Shown one piece after another: positions 1 through 9,817 of a DNA stretch of 64,000 nucleotides; positions within the stretch are counted from its first letter, which is position 1; every line of letters starts with the position of its first letter. Source of the DNA: Wickerhamiella versatilis. Its lineage: Eukaryota. The stretch is from NCBI GenBank assembly GCA_030867685.1, contig JAQOWU010000007.1, positions 2,356,001 to 2,420,000 of the forward strand, in the 5' to 3' direction. The position numbers and the translations under genes were made by a program. The notes under the pieces were generated by a model. That model was given only the letters and a program-made list of their open reading frames with translations. It was not told the origin of the DNA and searched no databases.

Positions 1-87
1 ATAATATGCACGGAACCTTCGTTCTGTGCACCTTCTGAGCCATAGTTTATATCGTGTATAAGTATTATTACATAAGGGCGGGTGGTG

Positions 88-759
88 ATGTGTGACCGAA
101 GGTCAAATCAGAAGGATAGTGTGGACCAGGAGCTGGTTGAGTGGGCCAGAAATAATCTGGAAGGTATAATTGACGATGAGAACTACGCCAAGATGATTAG
201 TGGTGTGGGATATGAACCATTCCTTGAGCATTACGAATTGGCCCGCCTCGAGTCCAATGAGGCCACATATGAATACCAGAATATCCGACTGAAAGATTTC
301 AGTAATCAAAAAGAGTTCTTGGAGTACAGACGCCAGTGTATTGGAAATTTGTTTGGTAAGTGCGGCAAAAACACGTATGTGGAGCCCCCAATTTTCGTGG
401 ACTTTGGATTCAACGTATGTGTCGGTGATAACTTCTACTGCAACTTTAACACGACCTTCTTGGACAGTTCGCTCATCATCATAGGTAATAATGTCTGGCT
501 GGGGCCTAATGTCACCATTTCCTCAGTTAGCCATCCGCTCGAAGCCAAGGCCCGTCTGACGGCCATAGAGCATGCTCTTCCGGTACGAATTGGCAATAAT
601 GTTTGGATAGGGGCGAACGTGGTGATTTTGGGGGGTGTGACAGTAGGGGATAATGCCGTATTAGCCGCTGGGGCAGTTATATCAAAAGACGTTCCCGCCA
701 ATGTCGTTGCTGGCGGGGTTCCTGCGAAAGTTATTCGAGAAATAGATAATTCTGAATAG
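88..759 (+). CDS. Maltose/galactoside O-acetyltransferase (Mac domain plus hexapeptide left-handed beta-helix)
   Basis: First ATG at 88. Motifs EPPIFVDFGFN, IGNNVWLGPNV, IGNNVWIGANVVILGGVTVGDNAVLAAGAV and GGVPAKVIR are typical of the Maa/LacA family. Confidence 0.9.
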   Translation: MCDRRSNQKDSVDQELVEWARNNLEGIIDDENYAKMISGVGYEPFLEHYELARLESNEATYEYQNIRLKDFSNQKEFLEYRRQCIGNLFGKCGKNTYVEPPIFVDFGFNVCVGDNFYCNFNTTFLDSSLIIIGNNVWLGPNVTISSVSHPLEAKARLTAIEHALPVRIGNNVWIGANVVILGGVTVGDNAVLAAGAVISKDVPANVVAGGVPAKVIREIDNSE

Positions 760-992
760 ATAGAGGTGGTATTAATTAGCATATGTGATATTTCTTGATA
801 CAAGATTAGGATGCCAAATTGGGATTCGTATGTTTAATTATATGACATTAGAAAACAACCAAAGGGCAAAACACCACCAATGTTAATTGTGTTAAATTCA
901 CAGGATCTATCTATTAATTGACTATACCTCTCACTATATCTTAATTGGACTGCAATAGCAGCACCTTGCCTCTAAGTTTTACTGGGCGGCTG

Positions 993-1029
993 GTGGGCTA
1001 TCTTGCATTGTCCAACCAGTCTCAGGTAG
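993..1029 (+). repeat. Copy of the 41-bp dispersed repeat (37 bp)
   Basis: GTGGGCTATCTTGCATTGTCCAACCAGTCTCAGGTAG; overlapping matches recur at about 11 other sites in the window. Confidence 0.9.
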
Positions 1030-1055
1030 CAAGCTAAGCTAGGGGTTAGAACACA

Positions 1056-2183
1056 TTAAAATTTCGCCAGACCTAGTTCAATGAGATAGGCCAGGGCCAG
1101 CTTCACATGTTGAACCACGTGGTTAAAGTCAATACGGTCGATGGTGTCCAGCTCGTTGTGCCCCACTCTTGGGAATCCTGGATAATTCACAATCTCATTC
1201 GCGCGCTCCATGGCAAACGCGGCTGGATAGCCATGGATGTACGCCGAGTAGAAGTCCGAACAGGCATACCCACACGAAAAGAGGGTGTATGGCACATCGG
1301 TGTAATCAGTAACCAGCAGCTTTAGGTAGTTAGTGAGCTCAGGACTGACGTTGTCAGTAACTAGGCGGATTTCATCGCCCACTTCACCCCGGTACCGATT
1401 GGAGGCACCCGTCATGTCTTGTTCAAGCATCGCCTTCACACTCACGTTGCGCTCAGCATATTCTGCAAACACATCGAGCGATCCCAGCAACCCAATCTCC
1501 TCTGCACTGTACCAGTGGAGCTCTAGTGAGTTATTGGGCTTAAACCCAGACTTCGAAATGATCCTAAGCGCTTCCACAAGTGTGACGGAACCACTGCCAT
1601 TATCGTCGGCACCAGGAGCTCTTCCATTGTAGAAGTCGCCCAAATTAATTGAATCAAGGTGCGCACCAATAACTACCACATCATCGGGATTCTCGGTGCC
1701 GTCGATATGGACAATCAGGCTCTTCTGCTTCCAGTCGGCATGGTCCACTATTCGCACATCGATGTCAGGCCTTCCGGCAGTGACTTTCAGAATCAAGTTG
1801 TAGAGCCACAATGAGCTTTGAAGACCGAGCTCAGACTTGCAAAACCTTGTATAGAAGGATGAGAACTCAAAGAGGTTGTCAAATAGGTTTTGCCGCCTGA
1901 TATCGGCCTGCAACGCATGAACAAGGTCATGGTATACCGTTTTCTTGGGAAAGGAGCTGACAGTAGCAACGCGGCTTGATGCTAGCCCATCTGATGGCAA
2001 CTCGGGGTGGGCAGTCACATCAATGAATGGCGTTCTGGATGTGAGCAGCTCGTGAATACCAAGGAAATCGGTCCATGTACGAACCCCACCATCAGTTTCT
2101 ATCAGTCTCAACTCATCGTGAAGCAATTGCTGCTCTGCTGCTATGAAACCCAGCCAGGGCCAGATCTTTGTGAGTCTCACCAT
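1056..2183 (-). CDS. Secreted M28E leucine aminopeptidase
   Basis: Short N-terminal hydrophobic leader. Motifs GAHLDS, GADDNGSG, AEEIGLLGS, DMTG and CGYACSD. Confidence 0.9.
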   Translation of the reverse strand: MVRLTKIWPWLGFIAAEQQLLHDELRLIETDGGVRTWTDFLGIHELLTSRTPFIDVTAHPELPSDGLASSRVATVSSFPKKTVYHDLVHALQADIRRQNLFDNLFEFSSFYTRFCKSELGLQSSLWLYNLILKVTAGRPDIDVRIVDHADWKQKSLIVHIDGTENPDDVVVIGAHLDSINLGDFYNGRAPGADDNGSGSVTLVEALRIISKSGFKPNNSLELHWYSAEEIGLLGSLDVFAEYAERNVSVKAMLEQDMTGASNRYRGEVGDEIRLVTDNVSPELTNYLKLLVTDYTDVPYTLFSCGYACSDFYSAYIHGYPAAFAMERANEIVNYPGFPRVGHNELDTIDRIDFNHVVQHVKLALAYLIELGLAKF

Positions 2184-2312
2184 CTACGATATTAGATTAT
2201 TCAAGGGATTCGTGGGCTCACGTGATGCTAATTGATAACCAAGCAAAGTCGAAGTCAGGAAAGCAGGTTCTGATTCATCTTTGCAGTTTTACACATGCTA
2301 GGGGTATCTATG

Positions 2313-2648
2313 CTAAAAGATCGGCTGGCCTAGAGCTGCGGGGTCCCGTGTGGTCAATGGGATCGTCCCACCTGCACCATTAGAGACTCCCAGTACCAAA
2401 ACTTCTGACTTTTCCGGCCCCATTTTCATAGTGCCAAGATTGATTATGCAGATAACCTGGCTTCCCTCGAGCTGTTCTGCCGAGTAGTTCGTGTAAGCCC
2501 CGCAGGATACCTTTGTCCCTATCTCCGGCCCAAAGTCAATTGTGATCCTCCAGGTGGGTTTGCGAGTTTTGCTTTCCTCAACCTTTACAATTGATCCGAC
2601 CCGGATATCCAAGGATGAGAATGAGTCAAAGGCTGCGATATCTTTCAT
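2313..2648 (-). CDS. csaA: CsaA / Trbp111-like OB-fold tRNA-binding chaperone, bacterial type
   Basis: LDIRVGSIV, IDFGPEIG, NY...EQL.G.QV...INL and SEVLVLGV in a stand-alone 111-aa protein. Confidence 0.85.
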   Translation of the reverse strand: MKDIAAFDSFSSLDIRVGSIVKVEESKTRKPTWRITIDFGPEIGTKVSCGAYTNYSAEQLEGSQVICIINLGTMKMGPEKSEVLVLGVSNGAGGTIPLTTRDPAALGQPIF

Positions 2649-2666
2649 TTACAGGGGATGACAAAC

Positions 2667-2684
2667 CTGCCTGAGACTGGTTGG
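2667..2684 (-). repeat. Partial copy of the 41-bp repeat, 18 bp upstream of the csaA ATG
   Basis: CTGCCTGAGACTGGTTGG matches the reverse complement of CCAACCAGTCTCAGGTAG at 17 of 18 positions. Confidence 0.8.
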
Positions 2685-3087
2685 TGCATCCATCTGGCAA
2701 GGTGTCATTGGTTGGCGGTTTGTAGCATCAGGTTAGGAGAGTGAAGATCGTTGCTAACTATTAAATAAGTTTATGAAATGCAGAACTGCCAGATGTACCA
2801 GATGCAGCTGGGCATTGCCAAACCTCGGAAAAACTTTCCTTGTATCTTTAATAATCACTAACCGAAGTGCATACGTCTAACTATCTATTCTTGGCATAAT
2901 AAACTTAAAGATGAGCAGAGAATAAACTGGATGGCCAGTAATGGAATGCCAGTAAAACACCGTATGACGTAGCGAATCAATTTGACGAAATACAGGTGCC
3001 TCGGAAAAAGCTGCCGTATACGGACATAGTTACCACCCCACCCACCTTCTCGTGATCTCATCTCAAACGCCTAACAACTGAAAAAAA

Positions 3088-4572
3088 ATGGATCTGGATA
3101 ATATGTTTAGCCAGGAGGCTACCCGTCGTGAGCCCAACCAGCTCAAGGACTCGCATAAGTACATCCATCTCCCCGGCATGCGGTCCTTGGGCAGTGGCCA
3201 GCCCACACCGTCACTTTTTCCGTTTGATAAATTGACTCTTGAAAGCCATGCATCTCCATTCCATCATGGAATCGATATAGAAATTGGGGGCCCCAATTCA
3301 CTCAAGGTGGAAATTCACAAGGACGTGGAGAAGAGCCCGCAGGATATTGCGTTAGCGAAAAGCCTGCAGTATGGCCCGACGATGGGGGAGCCTAAGCTTC
3401 AGAATTTTGTAAAAGAACACACCAAGCTGATCCATAATGTTCCCTACAAAGACTGGGACCTCCTGCTCACTGTCGGTAATACCTACGCATGGGACTGTGT
3501 GCTGCGCACGTTTGTCAATCCCGGGGATAGCATACTGGTGGAGGAGTTTACGTTCTCGCCATCAATAAATGCAGCACATGCAAATGGAGCAGTCTGTGTT
3601 GCGGCCCAGATGGACCTTGATGGTCTGTTACCTGAAGCGCTTGAAATCCAGCTGGACCACTGGCGCGGGCCCAAGCCTAAACTACTGTATACAATCCCTA
3701 CAGGCCAGAATCCTACAGGCTCCACACTCAGTGCAGAACGACGAAAGAGGATTTATGAGGTCTGTAGGAAGCACGGCGTTCTCATTGTGGAGGACGAGCC
3801 GTACTATTTTCTGCAAATGCCTCGGTACGGCAACACCTCTGTCAAAGGGCCTCATGGCAGTGGTAGTGGAGGTGCGCTTGATGACCTGAAATCCACGTTA
3901 GTGCCAAGTTTCTTGTCGTTGGACACGGAAGGCATCGTCGTCAGGCTCGAGAGTTTTTCGAAGGTGCTGGCACCTGGTGTACGCCTGGGCTGGATAGTCG
4001 CACGTCGATGCATTGTGGATCGGCTGGCCCTTCTCACTGAGACGTCACAGGGTGCACCCTGTGGGCTGATCCAGTCCGTGGTTTATGGACTGCTTCGACG
4101 GTGGGGACAGCAGGGCTACCTTGAGTGGCTGGTGAATATTCGCGATGTCTACACGAAGAAGCGCAACCATTGCGTTGACTGCATCAAGGAGTACCTTACT
4201 GACGACCTCTACCAAATGACCGTTCCGACCTCGGGCATGTTCTTCTGGATAAAGATGGATGCGAGGAAGTTCAGGTGCTTCGACCAGTGCAATCGCGATC
4301 CGATCGAGGTGGAAAAAGCCCTGTGGCACACTGGGCTCAAAAACAACGTTCTTTTCGCGCCAGGCCAGTGGTTCCGGGCTAAGGATACCACGGATCCTCC
4401 GCAGCCAGTGCTGGGTCTTGGTGATACTGGCGAAAGGCAGTTCGCCATCTACATGCGAGGGACCTTTGCCAGTGTTTCGTTCGAAGATATGAAGTCGGCA
4501 ATGAAAACATGGGGAGAGGTCCTACGGGAGGAAACTGGACGGGACAGCCCAAGCTACCAGCTGGCTGGCTGA
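3088..4572 (+). CDS. ARO8: Aromatic/aminoadipate aminotransferase, Aro8-like, PLP class I
   Basis: LQYG, YTIPTGQNPTG, EDEPYYFLQM and SFSKVLAPGVRLGW (contains the PLP lysine). Confidence 0.88.
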   Translation: MDLDNMFSQEATRREPNQLKDSHKYIHLPGMRSLGSGQPTPSLFPFDKLTLESHASPFHHGIDIEIGGPNSLKVEIHKDVEKSPQDIALAKSLQYGPTMGEPKLQNFVKEHTKLIHNVPYKDWDLLLTVGNTYAWDCVLRTFVNPGDSILVEEFTFSPSINAAHANGAVCVAAQMDLDGLLPEALEIQLDHWRGPKPKLLYTIPTGQNPTGSTLSAERRKRIYEVCRKHGVLIVEDEPYYFLQMPRYGNTSVKGPHGSGSGGALDDLKSTLVPSFLSLDTEGIVVRLESFSKVLAPGVRLGWIVARRCIVDRLALLTETSQGAPCGLIQSVVYGLLRRWGQQGYLEWLVNIRDVYTKKRNHCVDCIKEYLTDDLYQMTVPTSGMFFWIKMDARKFRCFDQCNRDPIEVEKALWHTGLKNNVLFAPGQWFRAKDTTDPPQPVLGLGDTGERQFAIYMRGTFASVSFEDMKSAMKTWGEVLREETGRDSPSYQLAG

Positions 4573-4916
4573 GGAGCATCCGAGTCGAAGTCGGAGTCAT
4601 GGAGCAAGTCTTCAGGAGCCTGCTATGGGTCCAGGAACTGCTCCAGCACGGAAATCATCATAAGGCTAGGCGACACCTAGAAAATAACGTAGAACAACTT
4701 TGTGCGTTCTAACTGAAATGGGGTACAATTTAAAAGCCATCGGACGCCCGTCTAGCTCGTATACGCACAGCGGAGCGGCTCTGGAGCGGCTCTGCACTTG
4801 CTCCAGAGCGCTGATCCAACAGATTAGCGGTGTACAGCGTTAAGGCAGCACTAATACTGAGTTACCATTTTTTTCGTCGCTATCATCCTTTTATTACACT
4901 AAATTGAGCCTATTTT

Positions 4917-6020
4917 TCATTCAACACTCTTGCTCAACTTATCTGCGGCGAATATCGCATCCCTTACATGTATTGGCTGGATCCGAACGTCAAGGTTGTG
5001 CAGCGTGTCTCTTTTCGAACAGGCAAGCTCGGCTACCTTCATGATATCGTCACGACTGGCATTCCCGAGGTGCATATCCTCAAGCGTTGTGGGCAGTCCG
5101 ACCTTACGATAGAACCGCACAAACCTCGCAAAGTCCTCCAATGGCGTGAACTGCAGGACCAGCTGGACAAGCGTGCCGAATGCCACCTTCTCACCATGCA
5201 TAAGGAGATGCACGTCACCCTGCAGCGCCGTGAAGCCATCATGGATCGCGTGGGCCGCTGAAAGCCCGCCATTCTCGAATCCCAGGCCCGACATCAGGGT
5301 GTTTGCCTCCACAACCGCTTCGACGGCTGGGGTGACGACGTGCTGTTCAGCAGCCAGCAGGGCCGCATAACCGTGCTTGAATATCGTCCTTTCACATGCA
5401 GATGCAATGGCCATTCCCGAGATACTTGGCCATCCGCCCAGCATCGAGTTTGCATGGCCCTGCAGCACTGAGAACGCCTCCACGTTCGTAGCCAATGCAT
5501 CGCCCATTCCAGATGCAAACATCCGGGATGGTGCCCTTACACAGACCGCAGTGTCAATGAGCACGAGGTCGGGGTTCGAATTATAGAATCTGTACGATTC
5601 AAACGACCCATCTGGCGTGTAGATCACAGACAGTGCACTGCAGGGAGCGTCAGTTGATGCCACACTGGGCAGGATAGCCACTGGCTGCCTGAGCTCGTTA
5701 GCCACGCCTTTGGCAGTGTCCAGCGTTTTGCCACCTCCCAGCCCAATCACATAGTCCGTTGCTTGTGCCCGAGCCACTTTAGCCAGCCTGTCGATTTCCT
5801 GAGCCGATGACTCGCCATGGAACACCTGGTGGTGAAACTTCAGCTTGTAATTCTCAAAAGATTCGGTGAAATCGTCCTTACAGCTCTGCCAAACGGTGTC
5901 ATCGGCAATCAGCAGGGCAGTCTCGCCGAACGGGCTCACGAACTTGCCGATTTTCTTCAGTGTGCCAGCACCTTGGATGTACTTCCGCGGTGAGGCAAAA
6001 ATTAAACGTCCTGTTCCCAT
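4917..6020 (-). CDS. gldA: NAD-dependent glycerol dehydrogenase, bacterial GldA type
   Basis: SPRKYIQG, GLGGGKTLDTAK, ASTDAPCSALSVIY, GMGDALAT, SGLGFE, AAHAIH and HGEKVAFG. Confidence 0.93.
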   Translation of the reverse strand: MGTGRLIFASPRKYIQGAGTLKKIGKFVSPFGETALLIADDTVWQSCKDDFTESFENYKLKFHHQVFHGESSAQEIDRLAKVARAQATDYVIGLGGGKTLDTAKGVANELRQPVAILPSVASTDAPCSALSVIYTPDGSFESYRFYNSNPDLVLIDTAVCVRAPSRMFASGMGDALATNVEAFSVLQGHANSMLGGWPSISGMAIASACERTIFKHGYAALLAAEQHVVTPAVEAVVEANTLMSGLGFENGGLSAAHAIHDGFTALQGDVHLLMHGEKVAFGTLVQLVLQFTPLEDFARFVRFYRKVGLPTTLEDMHLGNASRDDIMKVAELACSKRDTLHNLDVRIQPIHVRDAIFAADKLSKSVE

Positions 6021-6884
6021 GTGAATGGTAAATTAAATGGCCAGGACTGCTGGGCTTTTGTGTCAACTCCCCACACGGGGTTAGGTCTGGGTGCATGCAG
6101 GTTGTAATTTTGCAGCCATAGCGATTATGGCTGAATACTATGGAGATAAAGCACATGTATAAGACTAGGGTGTCGGCTTAAATACTGTGAGGGTTGGAAA
6201 GATGAAACTCGCTCTCTCAATCTCGCAGCAAAACCAGAATCGCTAGTTACATAAGGGTCGGATCGGGTAGATGGCAGGGAATACGATAGATCTTTGAGGA
6301 TGTGGCGAGAAATGACAACATGTTGGGAGAGCAGTGGGATGCTCAACCTGCTAGCCATACACTTACGTTTCTCCAATTGCCCGGGTAGCCTTATCAAAGT
6401 GTCAGATCTTTAACGGTTGAGTTACATAATGGTATAATTTTTATGATTTCCCTGCTAATAAATAAGAAAATAAAATGTACAGAAAAAAAAAGGAGAATAG
6501 AGGGAAAATAGAGGGGAAGGAATAAAGTCCCCTGTGATAGGAAACCCGTGTTGCACCAGGGATCCCTTGTGCAGGCACAACTATTCTCGAATACGAGTAC
6601 GAGATCAGCAACTGTGAGTGAGAAAGGCGTACCCCGAAACCGGTCATGATGAGCCTGACTTCCCGCTGGTGGGCATATCAACCAAAAGTTTGCTGAGGTG
6701 ACACTTAGGGTGATTATCCAGGAGCATATGCTAAGGCTCATTAGGAGCGAGGCCATCCGAGAAATTCTATCCGCAGCCGAGGTGGTGAAGCAGCTAGCAA
6801 CATCATGTAAAGCTATTTTGATTTACTGCATATGCACAGTTTTGCTTCACAAGTAGCTGTATACTAATACCTGTTTCATGTCGT

Positions 6885-8516
6885 TTAACGCAACTTGATA
6901 TAGGATGCTACCTCGGCAGCAGCAATTCGGCCAAACACCACACATTCGAGCAGAGAGGATCCACCTAGTCGATTGTCACCATGTATGCCTCCTGTGATCT
7001 CGCCAGCAGCCCACAGACCGGCGATGGGCTGCTTTTTTGTGTCCAGCACCTGGGCCCGCTCATTGATCGTGGCCCCACCCATCGTGAAATGGACAACTGG
7101 GGTGACATGGCCAATATACAGTACGGTGTCGTTGGAAATGGTGCCATTGGTGGTGGTGAGCGACCAGTGGCCAAACGACTGGCGTTGGAACGGGTCCTGT
7201 TTCGAGCCCTGCACGATATCAGAATACTCACAAGCAGTTCCAGCTATCGCATCTCCCAGTTCCCCGACAGTGGCTTTGCGAATAAGACCTTTCCACTGGT
7301 AGAATCCCAGGTGCGAGGCCGTGGCGTTTGCCGTGGCCTCGTCCAGCACAATACGAACGTCCCATTGGTGTTCAGCAGCACCTTCCTGGTCCTGATCACT
7401 ACCATGCTGGTGGTTCATTACGCCGGCAGCCTGAATGATGGCGCTTGTGACTTTTTCCCGCGTATCCAGCTCATTCACAAACCGCCTCCCTGCCTGGTCC
7501 ACGAGGATGCTACCTTCTCCCCGTAACATCTCAGCAGCTAGGATTTTTACGGGTGCCCACGGATTTTTGGGATCCACAAACCCCGTGGGATGCACCTGCA
7601 CGCGGTCCATGTCCACTAGACCCGCGCCCACCTCGGTCAAGATTGACTGGGTTCCCTTCCTGGCATCGTTCGTGCTGGGATAGCCAAGCAGGTCAGGCCG
7701 GTACTCAGCCAGCATGCCATGGGCATCACCGGCAAATCCACCTGATGCAAAAATGACGGGCCCCTCTATGGATTCAGCACGGCCTTCGCCCTGCTGGTAC
7801 TGGACACCTGCCACATGGTCATCCTCCACCAGTAGGTGGCTGACCTTGGCGTTTGTGACGAGTTCAAATAGCGGGTTTTCATTAAGTACGGCCAGCAGGG
7901 CACCTATGATAGATGCCCCAGGTGGCTTTTGGCCTAGCCCGCCCCGATGGGTCCTGGGAAACGAATGGCCTCCCAGCTGCGAAACGGTGCTCAGGTCAAT
8001 ACCAATGTCACCAGTGAGCCAGTCAATGGCACTGGCTGAATGGTTGGACAATACCGAGATGAGCTCTGTGCGCAGGCGCTGGTCGTCTGGTGACGAGCTC
8101 GCGAATGCAGTGCCTGCTGATCTCAAAGTGTCGGCAAAGAATGCATCATCAGGGCCATGCTCCACGGGCTGGAACTTTGTTGGTGCCCCGTTGATCCCTG
8201 AGGATGCTTTGATAGAGTTTCCTCCGGGCCTTACCGATTGTTCAAGGACGCGAACTGAGACATCGTGCCTTACAAGTTCCAGCGCTGCAGAAAGCCCAGC
8301 CAGGCCCGATCCCACGACGATTGCCCTTGATTCACCCAAATCCACCCCTTTAATACCACTATACGCACCAGCATTGCCACCACTACCATTATTATTCGTG
8401 GCACCACCAAAAATTTTCAACCGTTGATCTACATCCACCACGGCCTCTGTATTATTGCTTCCACCTACACTAGCAGCTATTAGCAAGGCAGATATAATTG
8501 AATTTAGCATAAGCAT
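6885..8516 (-). CDS. Soluble FAD-dependent fumarate reductase (Osm1/Frd1-like) with N-terminal signal-like segment
   Basis: VVGSGLAGL, GGNSIKASSGING, QLGGHS, VQVHPTG, HFTMGG and HGDNRLGGSSLLECVVFG. First ATG at 8516. Confidence 0.9.
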   Translation of the reverse strand: MLMLNSIISALLIAASVGGSNNTEAVVDVDQRLKIFGGATNNNGSGGNAGAYSGIKGVDLGESRAIVVGSGLAGLSAALELVRHDVSVRVLEQSVRPGGNSIKASSGINGAPTKFQPVEHGPDDAFFADTLRSAGTAFASSSPDDQRLRTELISVLSNHSASAIDWLTGDIGIDLSTVSQLGGHSFPRTHRGGLGQKPPGASIIGALLAVLNENPLFELVTNAKVSHLLVEDDHVAGVQYQQGEGRAESIEGPVIFASGGFAGDAHGMLAEYRPDLLGYPSTNDARKGTQSILTEVGAGLVDMDRVQVHPTGFVDPKNPWAPVKILAAEMLRGEGSILVDQAGRRFVNELDTREKVTSAIIQAAGVMNHQHGSDQDQEGAAEHQWDVRIVLDEATANATASHLGFYQWKGLIRKATVGELGDAIAGTACEYSDIVQGSKQDPFQRQSFGHWSLTTTNGTISNDTVLYIGHVTPVVHFTMGGATINERAQVLDTKKQPIAGLWAAGEITGGIHGDNRLGGSSLLECVVFGRIAAAEVASYIKLR

Positions 8517-8638
8517 CACAGGCTAGCAAAGCCGCCCGTAAATCTCGCACTCCAGTTATGTCATCTCGTTAAATATGCAAAGTGATGTGTAAACGAATCT
8601 TCTCGGTCCTATGGATACGTATGATAGCTTTAAGTGAG

Positions 8639-8666
8639 CAGAAACTGGTTGGCTGAAATCAAGATG
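8639..8666 (-). repeat. Degenerate copy of the 41-bp repeat
   Basis: The minus strand reads ATCTTGATTTCAGCCAACCAGTTTCTG versus consensus ATCTTGCATTGTCCAACCAGTCTCAG. Confidence 0.5.
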
Positions 8667-8767
8667 ATATACTAGCTACAATATTAAGGGTCATACAACA
8701 CGTATAGTCGTTACTATTAGCTTTTTGCGGTGATTTATAAATAAGAAAGTAAGAATAACACCCCGAA

Positions 8768-9259
8768 CTACTCATCACTATAGCACGAGAGTATCGAGGT
8801 TTCCAGATCATCCTCCAGGAATGTGTCCAGCTTTGCCCATAGCGCAAAAACGTCCAATGGTTCCAAGTAATTGATCAGGGAATCGCGAGACGCCTGGTCA
8901 TCACAATAAGTGTGCTCAGCATCGACTGCGGTTGAAGAAGCCCTCGACAAGGAGATTGTGGATTCACTGAAGTCGAAAAAGTCCGGGGTATTTTTGTTAC
9001 GCTCACTGGGCTCCTTGGCCCGGTAGTCTGGATTGAATTGGTAGAGACTACTTCTCTTCCGGTTGTTAGATATAACAAAATCGTGGTCCAGATCATGATG
9101 AAAGCACATGCTATCATTAGTGCAGAACGACTTTAAACTTGACGAATGGCTGAGGGTTGGAGACGTACTGTCCCCTGCATGCTTAGTGCCTACCCTACTA
9201 GGCATAACCGAGGGCATGAACTCCCCCACAAGTTTAGGCCGACTAATGGAAGGAGCCAT
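8768..9259 (-). CDS. Hypothetical 163-aa Ser-rich protein
   Basis: ATG-initiated ORF in an otherwise empty interval; no family recognised. Confidence 0.4.
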   Translation of the reverse strand: MAPSISRPKLVGEFMPSVMPSRVGTKHAGDSTSPTLSHSSSLKSFCTNDSMCFHHDLDHDFVISNNRKRSSLYQFNPDYRAKEPSERNKNTPDFFDFSESTISLSRASSTAVDAEHTYCDDQASRDSLINYLEPLDVFALWAKLDTFLEDDLETSILSCYSDE

Positions 9260-9817
9260 GTGCTGCGAACTGTCTCGGTCTCAGGAATTGGCATTAAAAG
9301 TCTACAGCTTCGGTATGTACTATGGCTACCCTAACCGCGTCAGATAGCTTGTTGCATATCTTTTATAATATGTTCTCCTATGGATACCTTATAATGGTGA
9401 AAAGTATTTAAAGTGGTAGAATTTTTCTTCATTAATCCAACGTTTTTTGCCAGATTATATACTCCTGATAACCTTATTCCCTCCCTCGGGACTGGATCAG
9501 TGTACATAATATAAACATCTTTACCTAAGAAGTGTTGCCCACTGTTTACGAATATTGGCAAATCCCAACTATTTACAAGACATCGATAAGGGTAGATGGG
9601 AAATTTTATTCGAAATACACCTTAAATTGAATAGATCTGCATTAATACGTTAAATCTATAATCTTTACACCAGTGGAACTTGGTCACACCCTCACAACGT
9701 GTCAGATCAGAAGATTGCAGATCTTATTCAGATGAGACATGTGGAATAACCCCTCCGACGCTCAGACCTTTGTTGTCATCGATGTTTTATGAGTCGTATC
9801 ATTAGCGAATAGAATTG

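Noticed and set aside
5721-5750. Alternative CUG (Ser/Ala) decoding
   Set aside because: CTG encodes Leu-type positions in the gldA GLGGGKTLD motif, consistent with the standard code.
7714-8427. Long antisense ORFs (e.g. 7714-8427, 6981-7526, 28907-29302, 29312-29863)
   Set aside because: Shadows of real genes with GC-rich or repetitive codons; no recognisable protein features.
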